From assembly GCA_963741495.1 (NCBI GenBank), contig CAVUID010000018.1, positions 110,542-174,541 on the forward strand: 64,000 nucleotides of DNA, read 5' to 3'. Shown one piece after another: positions 52,689 through 63,812 of the stretch. The notes beneath the pieces are model-generated. The model had not been told where the DNA came from. It made no database searches and worked only from the letters and a program-made list of their open reading frames with translations. Numbering within the stretch: the first letter of the stretch is position 1; each line of letters begins with the position of its first letter. Position numbers and translations under genes: made by a program. The DNA is from an uncultured Gammaproteobacteria bacterium (lineage in GTDB: Bacteria > Pseudomonadota > Gammaproteobacteria > Burkholderiales > Sulfuricellaceae).

Positions 52689-53651
52689 CTAAGTGACCTT
52701 GCCTTCACGTTTCTTGAGCTGGGCGAGCAATAATTTTGAACTGGCCAGCACAACGAAGGTGATGCAGAACAGGATCAGGCCAAGTTCGATCAGCGATGAT
52801 GTGTAAAGCTCTCCATCCGCTTCGGTAAACTCGTTGGCCAGGGCGGAGGCAATACTGTTGCCGGGTTTGAACAGCGAGGCATGCAGCTGGTGCGCATTGC
52901 CGATCACGAAGGTGACCGCCATGGTTTCACCCAGCGCGCGTCCGAGGCCGAGCATGACGCCCCCGACCACGCCAATTTTGGTGTAGGGAAGCACCACGTT
53001 CCATACCACTTCCCAGGTCGTTGCGCCAAGCCCGTAGGCCGATTCCTTGAGCATGGGCGGGACGATTTCGAACACGTCGCGCATCACCGCGGCGATGAAT
53101 GGAATCACCATGATGGCCAGAATTATCCCCGCAGTCAGCATGCCGATCCCCATCGGTGCGCCTTCAAACAGCAAGCCGATCATGGGTACGTCGCCGAAAG
53201 CGGTTTTGAGCCCGGGTTGCACATGCTGGGCAAAAACCGGCGCAAATACAAACAGGCCCCACATGCCGTAAATGATGCTGGGAATGCCGGCCAGCAGTTC
53301 TATTGCGGTGCCCAGTGGGCGGCGCAGCCATGGGGGCGACATTTCAGTCAGAAACAGGGCGATGCCGAAACTGACAGGGATGCCGATTGCAAGGGCGATA
53401 ATGGAAGTGACCAGCGTGCCGACGATAGGAACCAGCGCGCCAAATTTTTCAGTGACCGGATTCCATTCAGCACTGACCAGGAAGCCCAGGCCGAATTCCT
53501 TGATCGCAGGCATGCTGCCAATGATGAGGGAAGTGATGATGCCGGCGAGCAGCGCGAAGACGAGAAAAGCAAAAAAAAGTGTTGTGTAGCGAAAAACCTG
53601 ATCGAACAGATGGTGCCTGTTAAGGGGGGCTGTAGAGAGTGGTTTTGACAT
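52689..53651 (-). CDS. pstC: phosphate ABC transporter permease PstC
   Basis: Starts at [10 protein letters not shown] (ATG 53651). EAA loop [13 protein letters not shown]. Confidence 0.93.
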   Translation of the reverse strand: MSKPLSTAPLNRHHLFDQVFRYTTLFFAFLVFALLAGIITSLIIGSMPAIKEFGLGFLVSAEWNPVTEKFGALVPIVGTLVTSIIALAIGIPVSFGIALFLTEMSPPWLRRPLGTAIELLAGIPSIIYGMWGLFVFAPVFAQHVQPGLKTAFGDVPMIGLLFEGAPMGIGMLTAGIILAIMVIPFIAAVMRDVFEIVPPMLKESAYGLGATTWEVVWNVVLPYTKIGVVGGVMLGLGRALGETMAVTFVIGNAHQLHASLFKPGNSIASALANEFTEADGELYTSSLIELGLILFCITFVVLASSKLLLAQLKKREGKVT

Positions 53652-53878
53652 TTTCTGGCTTCGCTGAACTGAAGAAGGCGCTGCTTTGGGCAGCAAGCTG
53701 GTAATTATAACCAGTTTGAGCTGCGGGGCTAGCGGTTGCCTGGTAATTTGTTGAGCTCGCAAACATGGCTCTGAAGCATTTCCGGTGCTATTGCGGGTTG
53801 CCGGAAATGCTTCAGGGTCATGAACATGAAGCTGGCCGGGCGTGCTGCATTGCCCGGCCTGCTGCTCATGATGCCTGC

Positions 53879-54922
53879 CTAGTAAACGGCTTTGCCGTCC
53901 ATTCCCTTGATGTTGGCTTTCCAGGAATTGTTGATCAGCTTGACGACATTGTCAGGCATGGGAATATAGTCCAGTTCCGTTGCCATCTTGTCACCATTTG
54001 CATAGGCCCATTCGAAGAACTTCAGTACTTGAGCGGCTTGAGCCGGATTGGCCTGCTGCTTGTGCATCAGAATGAAGGTTGCGCCAACTATCGGCCAGCT
54101 CTTCTTGCCTGGCTCGTTGGTCAGGATTTCATAGAAGCCGGGTGCTTTTTCCCATTCGGCATTGCCGGCCGCTGCCTTGATGCTGTCTTCATCGGCCATG
54201 ACATATGCGCCGTCCTTGTTTTGCAACTGGGTTGCGGTCATTTTATTCTGTTTGGCGTAGGCAGCTTCAACATAGCCGATCGAACCCTTGATCTGCTTCA
54301 CGAAATTGGCTACACCCTCGTTACCCTTGCCGCCCGTGCCGACTGGCCAGGCAACGGAAGCCTCGTTGCCAACCTTGTCTTTCCATTCGGGGCTGATCTT
54401 GGAGAGGTAGTTGGTGAAAATGAACGTGGTGCCTGATCCGTCAGCGCGGTGTACCACAGTGATTTCGCTGGCTGGCAGAGCAACGCCCTTGTTCAGGTTG
54501 GCGATGGCAGGATCATTCCATTTTTTGATCTTGCCCATGAAAATGTCCGCCAGAACGGTGCCGCTCAGTTTGATCTGGTTGTCCTTGATGCCGTCCAGAT
54601 TCACAACTGGTACGACTGCCCCGGTTACGGTCGGGAACTGGGTCAGGCCGTCTTTTTCCAGATCTTCAGGTTTAAGGGGTTTGTCGGAGGCGCCGAAATC
54701 CACGGTCTTGGCTTTGATCTGTTTGATGCCGCCACCAGAGCCGATAGATTGGTAGTTCATGCCGATGCCGGTCTGAGCCTTGTAAGCCTCAGCCCATTTG
54801 GCGTAAATCGGGTAGGGGAAAGTCGCGCCGGCGCCGGTGATGTCGGAGGCGAAGGCAGAAGCGGAGGCGCTCAGGGAGAGCACCGCAGCGGCGATCAGGG
54901 TGCGGCCGAATTGCAGTTTCAT
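53879..54922 (-). CDS. pstS: phosphate-binding protein PstS
   Basis: Signal peptide, then [17 protein letters not shown]...SIGSGGG...GASD. Confidence 0.95.
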   Translation of the reverse strand: MKLQFGRTLIAAAVLSLSASASAFASDITGAGATFPYPIYAKWAEAYKAQTGIGMNYQSIGSGGGIKQIKAKTVDFGASDKPLKPEDLEKDGLTQFPTVTGAVVPVVNLDGIKDNQIKLSGTVLADIFMGKIKKWNDPAIANLNKGVALPASEITVVHRADGSGTTFIFTNYLSKISPEWKDKVGNEASVAWPVGTGGKGNEGVANFVKQIKGSIGYVEAAYAKQNKMTATQLQNKDGAYVMADEDSIKAAAGNAEWEKAPGFYEILTNEPGKKSWPIVGATFILMHKQQANPAQAAQVLKFFEWAYANGDKMATELDYIPMPDNVVKLINNSWKANIKGMDGKAVY

Positions 54923-54933
54923 GGATGACTCCT

Positions 54934-54991
54934 GTTGGTTAATGGTGACAGAATCAGAAAGTGCGTGCAGTTTATGGCGGGATTGTTACAG
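54934..54991 (-). promoter_or_regulatory. Pho-box-like repeat array upstream of pstS
   Basis: The minus strand reads CTGTAAC-aatc-CCGCCAT ... CTGCACG-cact-TTCTGAT . CTGTCAC-catt-AACCAAC followed by AGGAG and the ATG. Confidence 0.4.
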
Positions 54992-55074
54992 AATTATGAA
55001 ATTGCTTTTTGCGGCTCTTGGCTTCGACACTTTGAGTCCGTTATCCCCCGGCTGGCTGGCGGAACGTTAGATAT

Positions 55075-56412
55075 TTACACCTTGTCCGCCGCTTGCCATT
55101 CAAGCATGATGCCCGGCTCGTCCGGGTGTGCCTGGAATGGGCAGGCTATTCCGATGCCCAGTCCGGCGACCAGGTTTTCTCCACTGAAAAGCAATGGCAA
55201 GGTCTGGCGTTTCCAGGGCGGAATGCCCGCTTCCTGAAAGAGGTTTTTCAGGCTCCGTTGTGGTCGTTTGCAGTCGGGCTGCAGGCGCTCACCGCCTTGG
55301 CGCAGGCGCAGGGTAACCGGGGCCTGTTCCAGCCGTGCCCGGCTGATACCTTGGCCCTGAACCGGCCAGAATTTCAATGTGCCCCTCAGTGCGCCCAGTT
55401 CGATTTCGCTTTCGCCTTGCCAGGGGTAACTCAGATCGTGGTCGGGTTGTGGCAATGCAGGAATGATCCAGGCCCGATTGAGAAATCGACGCAGCTCGAA
55501 TGATCCAAGCGGAATTCTGATTCGTGCATCCGGCTTTGCGCTCAGTAATTGATTCAGCATGTCTTCCAGGCGTATTGCGCTGGGCGCGGCAATGCCATGC
55601 AGTTTCAGGAAGTGGCGCAGCAGGTTTTTTGCGCGCGGCAGGGAAAGGCGAGCAAGCGCTGCTACGGAGAGTTTTTTTTCATGTATGGCACTGCTTGCAT
55701 CCTGGGTAGCGAGTTCTTGCTGCAACAGCGCGCTTTCGGAAAAATTGCTGCTGGCGCGCAGAAGCGTTTCGCGATAGGCAGGGAAGCGTTCCGCCAGGAC
55801 AGGCAGCACGCGGTGGCGCAGGAAGTTACGATCGAAACGGGTATCCAGATTGCTTTCGTCCTCCACCCAGTTCAAGCCTTGGCGGCGGGCATGCTGCTCA
55901 AGCTGGGCGCGGGATATTTGCAGGAGTGGCCGAAGCTGCCGTTCATGCTGCTCGCCCATGGCGCTGGCGCCCTCCACGCCGCAACCGCGCAGGAGTTGCA
56001 GCATCAGGGTTTCCACCTGATCGTCGAGATGGTGGGCCAGTACAATGAAATCCGTTGCGCAGCGTTGTAATGCTTCGTGCCGCACGCTGCGGGCGGCTGC
56101 CTCCAGGCTGTCGCCGGATTGGAATGGAACTTGGACCGCAATGGTAGTCAGCGGAACCGCATAAGTCTCACAAAGCGAGGCGCAAAAAGCGGCCCAGTCC
56201 CCTGCCTGGGGGCTGAGCTGGTGGTTGACGTGAGTGGCGGAAAGCTGGAACTGCAGGGGATGCCGCAGTTGCGCAAGGAGGTCAAGAAGAACGACGGAAT
56301 CCAGGCCGCCTGATAGGCCCAGGGCGAGATGCTGGCCAGGGCGAACGCGCTGGCTTACTACTTGTGAGACATGGACGGCGAGATCATCAGGTGGTTTCTT
56401 TGAACTTGCCAT
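55075..56412 (-). CDS. tilS: tRNA(Ile)-lysidine synthase TilS
   Basis: PP-loop [12 protein letters not shown]. 445 aa. The conserved accA-tilS pairing is present. Confidence 0.9.
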   Translation of the reverse strand: MASSKKPPDDLAVHVSQVVSQRVRPGQHLALGLSGGLDSVVLLDLLAQLRHPLQFQLSATHVNHQLSPQAGDWAAFCASLCETYAVPLTTIAVQVPFQSGDSLEAAARSVRHEALQRCATDFIVLAHHLDDQVETLMLQLLRGCGVEGASAMGEQHERQLRPLLQISRAQLEQHARRQGLNWVEDESNLDTRFDRNFLRHRVLPVLAERFPAYRETLLRASSNFSESALLQQELATQDASSAIHEKKLSVAALARLSLPRAKNLLRHFLKLHGIAAPSAIRLEDMLNQLLSAKPDARIRIPLGSFELRRFLNRAWIIPALPQPDHDLSYPWQGESEIELGALRGTLKFWPVQGQGISRARLEQAPVTLRLRQGGERLQPDCKRPQRSLKNLFQEAGIPPWKRQTLPLLFSGENLVAGLGIGIACPFQAHPDEPGIMLEWQAADKV

Positions 56413-57352
56413 AGCTCATCAGTCGCTGGTAACGGGCTTTCAGCAATTCGTCCAGGGAAGGGTTTTCCTGAATCTGGTTCATGCTTTCCTGCAGCGCTTT
56501 CTTGAGGGTCTGCATCATGGTGTCCGGGTCGCGGTGAGCGCCGCCGATGGGTTCGCTGACAATTTTGTCGATCAGCCCCAGAGATTTAAGGCGGTTGGCG
56601 GTGATGCCCAGGGTTTCGGCGGCCACAGGCGCCTTGTCCGCGCTTTTCCACAGGATCGATGCGCAGCCTTCAGGGGAAATCACTGAGTAGCTTGAAAATT
56701 GCAGCATCAGCGTGACATCGCCGACTCCGATTGCCAGGGCGCCACCGGAGCCGCCCTCGCCGATGATGGTGCAGATGATGGGGGTGCGCAGTTCTGACAT
56801 GACGTAAAGGTTGCGTGCGATGGCTTCGGACTGTCCACGCTCTTCGGCGCCGATACCCGGGTAGGCGCCGGGCGTGTCGATAAAAGTCATAATCGGGATG
56901 CCGAATTTTTCTGCCATGCGCATCAGGCGTAGTGCCTTGCGGTAGCCTTCCGGGCGGGGCATGCCGAAATTGCGGTAAATCTTTTCCTTGGTGTCACGGC
57001 CTTTCTGGTGTCCGATTACCATGACTGACTGGCCATCGAAGCGCGCCAGACCACCGACGATGGCTGGATCATCGGCGTAGGCACGGTCGCCATGCAGTTC
57101 TTCAAAGTCGGTAAAGATATTCTGCAGGTAATCCAGCGTATAGGGACGCTGGGCGTGGCGTGCTACCTGGGAAATCTGCCAGGCGCCAAGCTTGCTGTAG
57201 ATGTCCTTGGAGAGCGTCTGGCTTTTCTTGTTCAGGCGAGAAATTTCTTCCGAAATATCCAGATCAGAATCGTCGTGGACGCTTTGCAGTTCTTCGATCT
57301 TCGATTCTAGCTCGGCGATCGGCTGCTCAAAATCGAGAAAAATGGTTTTCAT
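56387..57352 (-). CDS. accA: acetyl-CoA carboxylase carboxyltransferase alpha subunit
   Basis: [13 protein letters not shown]...[22 protein letters not shown]. Confidence 0.95.
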   Translation of the reverse strand: MKTIFLDFEQPIAELESKIEELQSVHDDSDLDISEEISRLNKKSQTLSKDIYSKLGAWQISQVARHAQRPYTLDYLQNIFTDFEELHGDRAYADDPAIVGGLARFDGQSVMVIGHQKGRDTKEKIYRNFGMPRPEGYRKALRLMRMAEKFGIPIMTFIDTPGAYPGIGAEERGQSEAIARNLYVMSELRTPIICTIIGEGGSGGALAIGVGDVTLMLQFSSYSVISPEGCASILWKSADKAPVAAETLGITANRLKSLGLIDKIVSEPIGGAHRDPDTMMQTLKKALQESMNQIQENPSLDELLKARYQRLMSYGKFKETT

Positions 57353-57400
57353 GGGCTGGAGGGTGTCTGGTTAACGAAATTCATAATACAGAGGTGACGA

Positions 57401-57431
57401 GCAAAAAAGAAGGGGCACAAAGCCCCTCTTT
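57401..57431 (-). terminator. rho-independent terminator after lysC
   Basis: On the minus strand: gaggggc-tttgt-gcccc(t)tc followed by TTTTTTG. Confidence 0.6.
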
Positions 57432-57446
57432 TGCGGCGCTCCTGCC

Positions 57447-58688
57447 TTACGCCAGGAGCGGGGTTCCGCTCTGCTCAAGGTTGAACGCCTTGTGCAGGAC
57501 GCGCACCGCCAGTTCGAGGTATTTTTCGTCGATCACCACTGAAATCTTGATTTCTGAAGTGGAGATCATCTGGATGTTAATGCCTTCCTCGGCCAAAGTG
57601 CGGAACATGGCGCTGGCAATGCCAACGTGTGAACGCATGCCGACACCGACTACCGATACCTTGACAATTTTGTCGTCGCCACTGACTTCACGCGCGCCGA
57701 TGTGAGCCTGAACATTGCGGAGGATTTCGATGGCTTTGGCGTATTCGTTACGGTGAACGGTAAAGGTAAAATCGGTGCTGCCATCCGCGCCAACGTTCTG
57801 GATGATCATGTCCACGTCGATATTGGCTTCAGCTACCGGGCCCAGAATCTGATAGGCGATGCCTGGTTTGTCAGGTGCGCCCAGCACGGTAATCTTGGCT
57901 TCGTCGCGATTGAATGCAATGCCCGAAATAATCGCTTTTTCCATGTTTTCGTCATCCTCAAATGTGATCAGCGTGCCGTTTCCGCCTTCTTCAAAGCTGG
58001 ATAGCACGCGCAGTTTTACTTTGTATTTTCCGGCGAACTCGACCGAGCGGATCTGCAATACCTTGGAACCCAGGCTGGCCAGTTCTAGCATCTCTTCAAA
58101 AGTGATGGTTTCGAGGCGGCGCGCTTCCGGCACGATGCGCGGGTCGGTGGTGTAGACGCCATCCACATCGGTGTAGATCTGGCATTCGTCCGCCTTGAGT
58201 GCGGCTGCCAGCGCAACGCCCGTGGTGTCCGATCCGCCGCGGCCCAGCGTGGTGATGTTGCCGTTTTCGTCCACGCCCTGAAAGCCGGCGACCACCACCA
58301 CATGTCCTTCGTTCAGATCATTGCGGATGCTGTTCTCGTCGATGGAGAGAATGCGCGCCTTGGTGTGTGCGTTGTCGGTCACGATGCGGACTTGCGCGCC
58401 GGTATAGCTTTTGGCCTTGAGCCCGATTTCCTTGAGCGACATGGCGAGAAGCGCGATGGTGACTTGCTCGCCGGTCGAGATCATGACGTCCAGCTCGCGC
58501 GGGTCGGGGTGAGTCTGAACCGATTTGGCCAGCGCGATGAGACGGTTGGTTTCGCCGCTCATGGCGGAAACTACCACCACGACCTGGTGTCCCATACTTT
58601 GAAAGCGTGCGACGCGACGGGCAACGTTTTTGATCCGCTCAGGGTCGCCAACCGAAGTGCCGCCGTATTTTTGAACAATCAGTGCCAT
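57447..58688 (-). CDS. lysC: aspartate kinase
   Basis: MALIVQKYGGTSVGD...VVVVSAM...two C-terminal ACT domains. Confidence 0.95.
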   Translation of the reverse strand: MALIVQKYGGTSVGDPERIKNVARRVARFQSMGHQVVVVVSAMSGETNRLIALAKSVQTHPDPRELDVMISTGEQVTIALLAMSLKEIGLKAKSYTGAQVRIVTDNAHTKARILSIDENSIRNDLNEGHVVVVAGFQGVDENGNITTLGRGGSDTTGVALAAALKADECQIYTDVDGVYTTDPRIVPEARRLETITFEEMLELASLGSKVLQIRSVEFAGKYKVKLRVLSSFEEGGNGTLITFEDDENMEKAIISGIAFNRDEAKITVLGAPDKPGIAYQILGPVAEANIDVDMIIQNVGADGSTDFTFTVHRNEYAKAIEILRNVQAHIGAREVSGDDKIVKVSVVGVGMRSHVGIASAMFRTLAEEGINIQMISTSEIKISVVIDEKYLELAVRVLHKAFNLEQSGTPLLA

Positions 58689-58917
58689 TTTAAAGCTCTG
58701 CAAAAAATGGGTGATTTTAGCCTAATTGCTTAAGGAACACGAGGGGTTGATGTCCGGTTGGGGGAGGGTGATAGTAGATATGTACCATCCATATAATGAA
58801 AAATTTTATTCTGTCTATAGGGGAAACCCTTATTTTATGGTAATATTTTCATGTCATTATTCGGCATTTGTCCGAAGATAATATATAAATCATTTACTTA
58901 TACAGGGGTGTAAAGTC

Positions 58918-59223
58918 ATGAAACTTTTTGACAAGGTTGCCAATCCTCGCGAGATTCGCCGCAAACTGGGTATGAATCAGCAGGAATTCTGGACCAAGAT
59001 CGGTGTGACACAGAGTGGCGGGTCCCGCTACGAGAGTGGTCGGGATATGCCCAAGCCGGTGCGTGAATTGTTGCGCCTGGTACATATGGAGCATGTCGAT
59101 CTGACCAAGGTCAAGCGCGAAGACTTCGAGATCGTGGAATATATGAAACAGTCGCATGCCGATCTGTACAAAAGCATGAAGAAAGCCGTGCGTTCCACTC
59201 ACAAGGCCGGTGAGGCGCATTAA
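58918..59223 (+). CDS. small XRE-like helix-turn-helix protein
   Basis: 101 aa. REIRRKLGMNQQEFWTKIGVTQSGGSRYESGR fits an HTH_3-type motif. An AT-rich promoter region lies upstream. Confidence 0.55.
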   Translation: MKLFDKVANPREIRRKLGMNQQEFWTKIGVTQSGGSRYESGRDMPKPVRELLRLVHMEHVDLTKVKREDFEIVEYMKQSHADLYKSMKKAVRSTHKAGEAH

Positions 59224-59256
59224 AATTCTGCTTCGGCAGGTTTTGCCGGATTGGCG

Positions 59257-60117
59257 CTAAGCGCTGTTTTTTGTCTCCAGTCCCAGCGCCTTGATATCTG
59301 CGGCCAGGGCATCGACCCATGTTTGGGGCAGGGGCGTCAGTCGTGGCGCTTCGGCTTGCATGGACGGGCGGGCCAGGCCGTACAGCAATACGCCCCGTGG
59401 CGGGGCGCCGAAGTCCATGGCGCGTGACAGAAAGTCGAGGTAGGCCTTGCGCTCACTTGCGGCGGGCGGTTGGCCGTCGAGTGCGAAAAGCGCAGTCTGA
59501 ATCCAGGTGGGGCACAAACTGGCCGCCGTACGCAGATTGGTCATGACAGTTTCAGGTTTCTGGCGGCTATGATTGATGCGCAACCGCCCTTCTGGTGTGG
59601 CGCTATCCAGTTTGAACCAGATTTCCCCATTCAGTCTTGCCATTTGCTTGAGTCCCCTGCGCACGTCTGGCCGGTGAATGAGGCTGCCATTCGTGATCAA
59701 GACCAGCTTGATCTGGCCGGTGAGACCGAATTCACCCATGATTTCCCCTACCAGCTCGATCACCTGTTCAAACTCAGCTGCGCTGGTGGGTTCGCCATTG
59801 CCGGAGAGCGCGATATCTTTCAGTTGCCGCGCTTCAGGGGGGGCATGCGCAGCCATGAAATCGCCGTGCAGCAATTCTTTCAGAAATACCCGCAGTTCAT
59901 TTTCCAGTAAGGGCAAATCAACAGGTGGCGCACTACCACGTCGCAGATTTGGTACCTGGCAATAAATGCAGCGCCAGTTGCAGGCGTTGTTGGGGTTCAG
60001 ATTGATACCCAGGGATATCCCCCCGGATCGGCGCGAGATGACCGGGTAAACATAGGTCAGTCCGGCGCTATCGCGGCTGTGGTCACGCGTGCTGAGTGGT
60101 GTTGGGCGCTGAGTCAT
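59257..60117 (-). CDS. radical SAM protein (not obviously QueE)
   Basis: 286 aa from MTQRPTPL with a CX3CX2C cluster (NACNWRCIYCQVP) and a GNGEPT motif. Divergent from queD. The upstream 268 codons of the track ORF are antisense to queD and rejected. Confidence 0.75.
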   Translation of the reverse strand: MTQRPTPLSTRDHSRDSAGLTYVYPVISRRSGGISLGINLNPNNACNWRCIYCQVPNLRRGSAPPVDLPLLENELRVFLKELLHGDFMAAHAPPEARQLKDIALSGNGEPTSAAEFEQVIELVGEIMGEFGLTGQIKLVLITNGSLIHRPDVRRGLKQMARLNGEIWFKLDSATPEGRLRINHSRQKPETVMTNLRTAASLCPTWIQTALFALDGQPPAASERKAYLDFLSRAMDFGAPPRGVLLYGLARPSMQAEAPRLTPLPQTWVDALAADIKALGLETKNSA

Positions 60118-60192
60118 GGGGCGATTGAACCACTGAACGCCGCCTCGGGCAAGAATGCTATAATCAGCAACCTTTTCGGAGCGCACTATTTC

Positions 60193-60639
60193 ATGCTGAT
60201 TACCCGCAGACTGGAGTTCGATGCCGGCCATCGCATCCCCAACCACAATAGCCAGTGCCGGCATCTTCATGGTCATCGTTATGCGATCGAGATCACGCTG
60301 TCGGGCCAGATTATTGACATCGAAGGCGTATCCGAGAAGGGGATGGTAATGGATTTCTCCGAGGTAAAAAGTATTGCGCAGGAGATCGTGGTTAACCAGT
60401 GGGATCACGCCTTTCTGGCTTACCGGGGAGACGCCGAGGTCGTGGACTTTCTTGCCGGACTGCCCGGGCACAAGACCGTGATTCTCGACGTGGTGCCCAC
60501 TGCAGAAAATCTTGCCGCGACTGCGTTTCGCATGCTTGATGTGGCCTATGTCGATCGCTATGCCAACCAGCTTCGCCTGGAGCAAGTGCGCCTGTACGAA
60601 ACCCCGAACAACTGGGCGGATGCGCGGCGCCAGGCTTGA
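60193..60639 (+). CDS. queD: 6-carboxy-5,6,7,8-tetrahydropterin synthase
   Basis: MLITRRLEFDAGHRIPNHNSQCRHLHGHRY...MVMDF...LYETPNN. Confidence 0.9.
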   Translation: MLITRRLEFDAGHRIPNHNSQCRHLHGHRYAIEITLSGQIIDIEGVSEKGMVMDFSEVKSIAQEIVVNQWDHAFLAYRGDAEVVDFLAGLPGHKTVILDVVPTAENLAATAFRMLDVAYVDRYANQLRLEQVRLYETPNNWADARRQA

Positions 60640-60759
60640 GGCTTTCCCCGTGGACCTGGGTCCGCTCTTTATGATGGTCATGGCATCCGTGCTATCCTCA
60701 AGTCCAGTCAAGTCACCCTTTGCGCGTATCGCGCAGCAGCGCCAGGATGCAGGTATTTC

Positions 60760-62721
60760 ATGATGCTCAAATCGATATTTCTTTTTTTCTCCCTGTGTCT
60801 GTTTTCTATGACGAATGCGGCAGCCGGTAGTGCGGATGATGAATTCCTCGCCGGACGCGATGCCTTTCGAAAGGGTGATGCTGCGCGCCTGAATGTGGCC
60901 ATAAAGCGGCTGGAAAATCATGCCCTGGCTCCTTATCTGAATTATTACCAGCTGCTGATGCGCCTCAAGCTTGCCAGTGCGGCAGAAGTGCGGAGCTTTA
61001 TTGCTGCTGATGCAGATTCCTATCTGGCCGGCCGGTTACGCGCAGACTGGCTGAAAATCTTGGGGCAGCAGCAGAACTGGGCGTTATTTCTGGAAGAGTA
61101 TCCCCTGCTGAATGCTAACGATGATGCCGAGCTTGCCTGTTTTGCCTTGCAGGCGAAGCTGCAGCGTGGAGATGCGGATGTGTTTCAGGAAGGCCGGAAA
61201 AAATGGCTGAGCGGGACTGAAACTGCCGCCTCATGCAGGCCGGTGTTTGAGGCCATGATGGCTGCAGATGCGTTGACAATGGAGGATGTCTGGTCCCGCA
61301 TCCGGCTTGCGCTGGAGTTGGGAAATATCAGCGTGGCACGGCAGGCGGCCGAGGATTTGCCCGGGGCGCAAAAATCTGGTTTCGGCGCAGTGGAAAAGGT
61401 GGCTGATAACCCACAGCGGTTTCTGGATGCGGCGGGCGCCACTCCTCAAGGCCGTGCCGAGCGGGAGCTGACGATGTTTGCCGTTTATCGCCTGGCACGC
61501 AGCCAGCCGATGGCTGCGCTGCCTTACTGGAATCGCTTGTTGCCTCAGTTTAGCCCGGAGGAGCAGCGTTATGTATGGGGGCAGATGGCTTTTCATGCTG
61601 CGCGCCGGCATGAGCCTGTCGCATTGCAGTGGTTTCGGGAGGCGGGTGATACGCCCTTGAATGAGCTTCAACTGACTTGGCGCGTTCGTGCCGCCTTGCG
61701 GGCAGCGGACTGGCCGCAGGTCTTGTCCGGTATTGCAGCAATGCCGGAAGCAATGCAGAGCCAGGGCGCCTGGCGTTACTGGAAGGCTCGCGGGCTCAAG
61801 GTCGGCGGCAAGACGGCGGCTGCTAATGCCATTCTGGCGCCCTTGTCGCTCGAGCATAATTTTTACGGTCAGATGGCGCTGGAAGAGTTGGGTGCGGTTG
61901 TCAGCAATCCGCATTCCCCTTATGAGCCCGGTGAGGCAGAAATGCGGGAAATCAGGGCTGTTCCGGGCATTCAGCGTGCGCTGGCGCTCTACCGGCTTGA
62001 CCTGAGAACCGAGGCAAATCGTGAATGGTTATGGTCGAGCCGAAATTTCAGTGATGAGCAATTGCTGGCGGCAGCAGAGCTGGCAAAGCGCAACAACTGG
62101 CTTGATCGGGCGATCAATACCGCCGACAAAACCCGGAGCCTGCATGATTTCAGTCTGCGCTACCCTGCGCCGCATCGTGAATTGATGCAGGCTTATGCCC
62201 AGGAGCACGGGCTGGATGAGGCATGGGTATATGGCCTGATCCGGCAGGAAAGCCGTTTCGTGCAGCAGGCGCGCTCCAGTGTGGGCGCTTCCGGCCTGAT
62301 GCAGCTGATGCCGGCAACAGCCAAATGGATTGCCAGTCGGATGGGCATGAAGCATTTTCGACAAAGCCTGGTCAATCAGATTGATACCAATATTTCCTTT
62401 GGTACCTATTATCTGAAATATGTACTTGACACCAATGACGGCCAGCCAGTGCTTGCCACGGCATCCTATAACGCAGGGCCGTCGCGTGCCCGGCGCTGGA
62501 AGGACGAGAAAGCACTTGAGGGTGCGATTTACGCCGAATCCATCCCGTTTACGGAAACCCGTGGCTATGTACAGAAGGTCATGAGCAATGCCAGTTATTA
62601 CGCGAATCGCTTTGAGCGTCAGGTCATCACCCTGAGGCAGCGCCTGGGAACGATTGCGGGCAAGGGCGCCAATAACGAATGCCAGAACCCGGATGAACGG
62701 AGCCCCGCCTGCGATCCGTGA
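60760..62721 (+). CDS. slt: soluble lytic murein transglycosylase (Slt70-like)
   Basis: Signal peptide, a superhelical U-domain, and a catalytic region GLIRQESRF...SSVGASGLMQLMPATA...YNAGP. Confidence 0.9.
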   Translation: MMLKSIFLFFSLCLFSMTNAAAGSADDEFLAGRDAFRKGDAARLNVAIKRLENHALAPYLNYYQLLMRLKLASAAEVRSFIAADADSYLAGRLRADWLKILGQQQNWALFLEEYPLLNANDDAELACFALQAKLQRGDADVFQEGRKKWLSGTETAASCRPVFEAMMAADALTMEDVWSRIRLALELGNISVARQAAEDLPGAQKSGFGAVEKVADNPQRFLDAAGATPQGRAERELTMFAVYRLARSQPMAALPYWNRLLPQFSPEEQRYVWGQMAFHAARRHEPVALQWFREAGDTPLNELQLTWRVRAALRAADWPQVLSGIAAMPEAMQSQGAWRYWKARGLKVGGKTAAANAILAPLSLEHNFYGQMALEELGAVVSNPHSPYEPGEAEMREIRAVPGIQRALALYRLDLRTEANREWLWSSRNFSDEQLLAAAELAKRNNWLDRAINTADKTRSLHDFSLRYPAPHRELMQAYAQEHGLDEAWVYGLIRQESRFVQQARSSVGASGLMQLMPATAKWIASRMGMKHFRQSLVNQIDTNISFGTYYLKYVLDTNDGQPVLATASYNAGPSRARRWKDEKALEGAIYAESIPFTETRGYVQKVMSNASYYANRFERQVITLRQRLGTIAGKGANNECQNPDERSPACDP

Positions 62722-62777
62722 CGAGGCAGTGGTAACAGACTAGAATCCTTATTCTATAAAGAAAGCGGTCATTATTT

Positions 62778-63806
62778 ATGAACATCAAGAAAATCTGTGT
62801 CCTGGGTGGCGGCGGTTTTGTCGGCACCCATCTCGTGAACAAGCTGGAAATGGCGGGTTATGCGGTTCGTGTTCTAACCAGCAAGCGTGAGCATGCCAAG
62901 AATGTTTCCGTCCTGCCCAAGGTGGAAGTGGTCGAAGCCAATATTTTTGACCCTTCGGAGTTGAATCGCCATTTTGCTGGCATGGATGCCGTGATCAATC
63001 TGGTGGGCATGTTGCACGAGCATAAGGTCAGCCGGGTGGACAAACCTATGGCGCGGCGTGGGGATTTCCATGAGGTGCATGTGGAGTTGCCGCGCAAGAT
63101 CGTTCATGCCTGTGCGGCGTCTGGAATCAAACGGTTGTTGCACATGAGCGCGCTCAATGCCGACCCCAACGGGCCGAGTGCCTATCTTCGTTCCAAGGGG
63201 CTGGGCGAGGCCATTGTGCGCGAATCCGGCATGCAGCACAGCGAGAATGAAAACTGGTATCTCAATGGACCAAAATTTGTGCATGGCTATGGGTTGGCTG
63301 TGACTGTGTTCCGGCCTTCGGTTATTTTCGGGCGCGAAGACAGCTTTATCAACATGTTCGCCGGCTTGCTGAAAATTTCGCCAGTGCTGCCGCTGGCCAG
63401 CCCGGAGGTGAAGTTTCAGCCGGTGCATGTCGATGACGTGGCTCAGGCTTTTGTGGCGAGCGTCAACAACCAGGCCACTTTCGGGCGAGTATACGATTTG
63501 TGTGGCCCCAGGGTTTATACATTGCGTGAGCTGGTCGATCTGGTTGCAAAACTGACGGGCCGTCAGCGCAAAATCATCAATCTTTGCCCGCAACTGTCTT
63601 ACCTGATGGCACTGATGATGGAATGGATGCCGGGCCCCAAGCTGATGACGCGCGACAACTATTACTCGATGCAGGTCGATGCTGTTTGTGCTTGCGAATT
63701 CCCGAAGATTTTTGATATCAAGCCCAGTGCGCTGGAAGCCGTAGCGCCGGAATATCTCTCCCAAGCTCATTGCTATCAGGGCTTCCGCTCTGCGGCAGGT
63801 CGCTGA
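62778..63806 (+). CDS. NAD(P)-binding epimerase/dehydratase-family protein (NDUFA9-like)
   Basis: Rossmann motif VLGGGGFVGTHL and YLRSK (YxxxK). Confidence 0.8.
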   Translation: MNIKKICVLGGGGFVGTHLVNKLEMAGYAVRVLTSKREHAKNVSVLPKVEVVEANIFDPSELNRHFAGMDAVINLVGMLHEHKVSRVDKPMARRGDFHEVHVELPRKIVHACAASGIKRLLHMSALNADPNGPSAYLRSKGLGEAIVRESGMQHSENENWYLNGPKFVHGYGLAVTVFRPSVIFGREDSFINMFAGLLKISPVLPLASPEVKFQPVHVDDVAQAFVASVNNQATFGRVYDLCGPRVYTLRELVDLVAKLTGRQRKIINLCPQLSYLMALMMEWMPGPKLMTRDNYYSMQVDAVCACEFPKIFDIKPSALEAVAPEYLSQAHCYQGFRSAAGR

Positions 63807-63812
63807 TCCGCA

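Noticed and set aside
58689-58917. Lysine riboswitch or leader upstream of lysC
   Set aside because: The region is AT-rich promoter-like DNA shared with the divergent HTH gene. I could not identify the conserved L-box helices by eye.
60118-60921. N-terminal 268 codons of the 554-aa ORF 59257..60921
   Set aside because: This part runs antisense through queD and the slt start and has no radical SAM features. The conserved protein begins at MTQRPTPL (ATG 60117).
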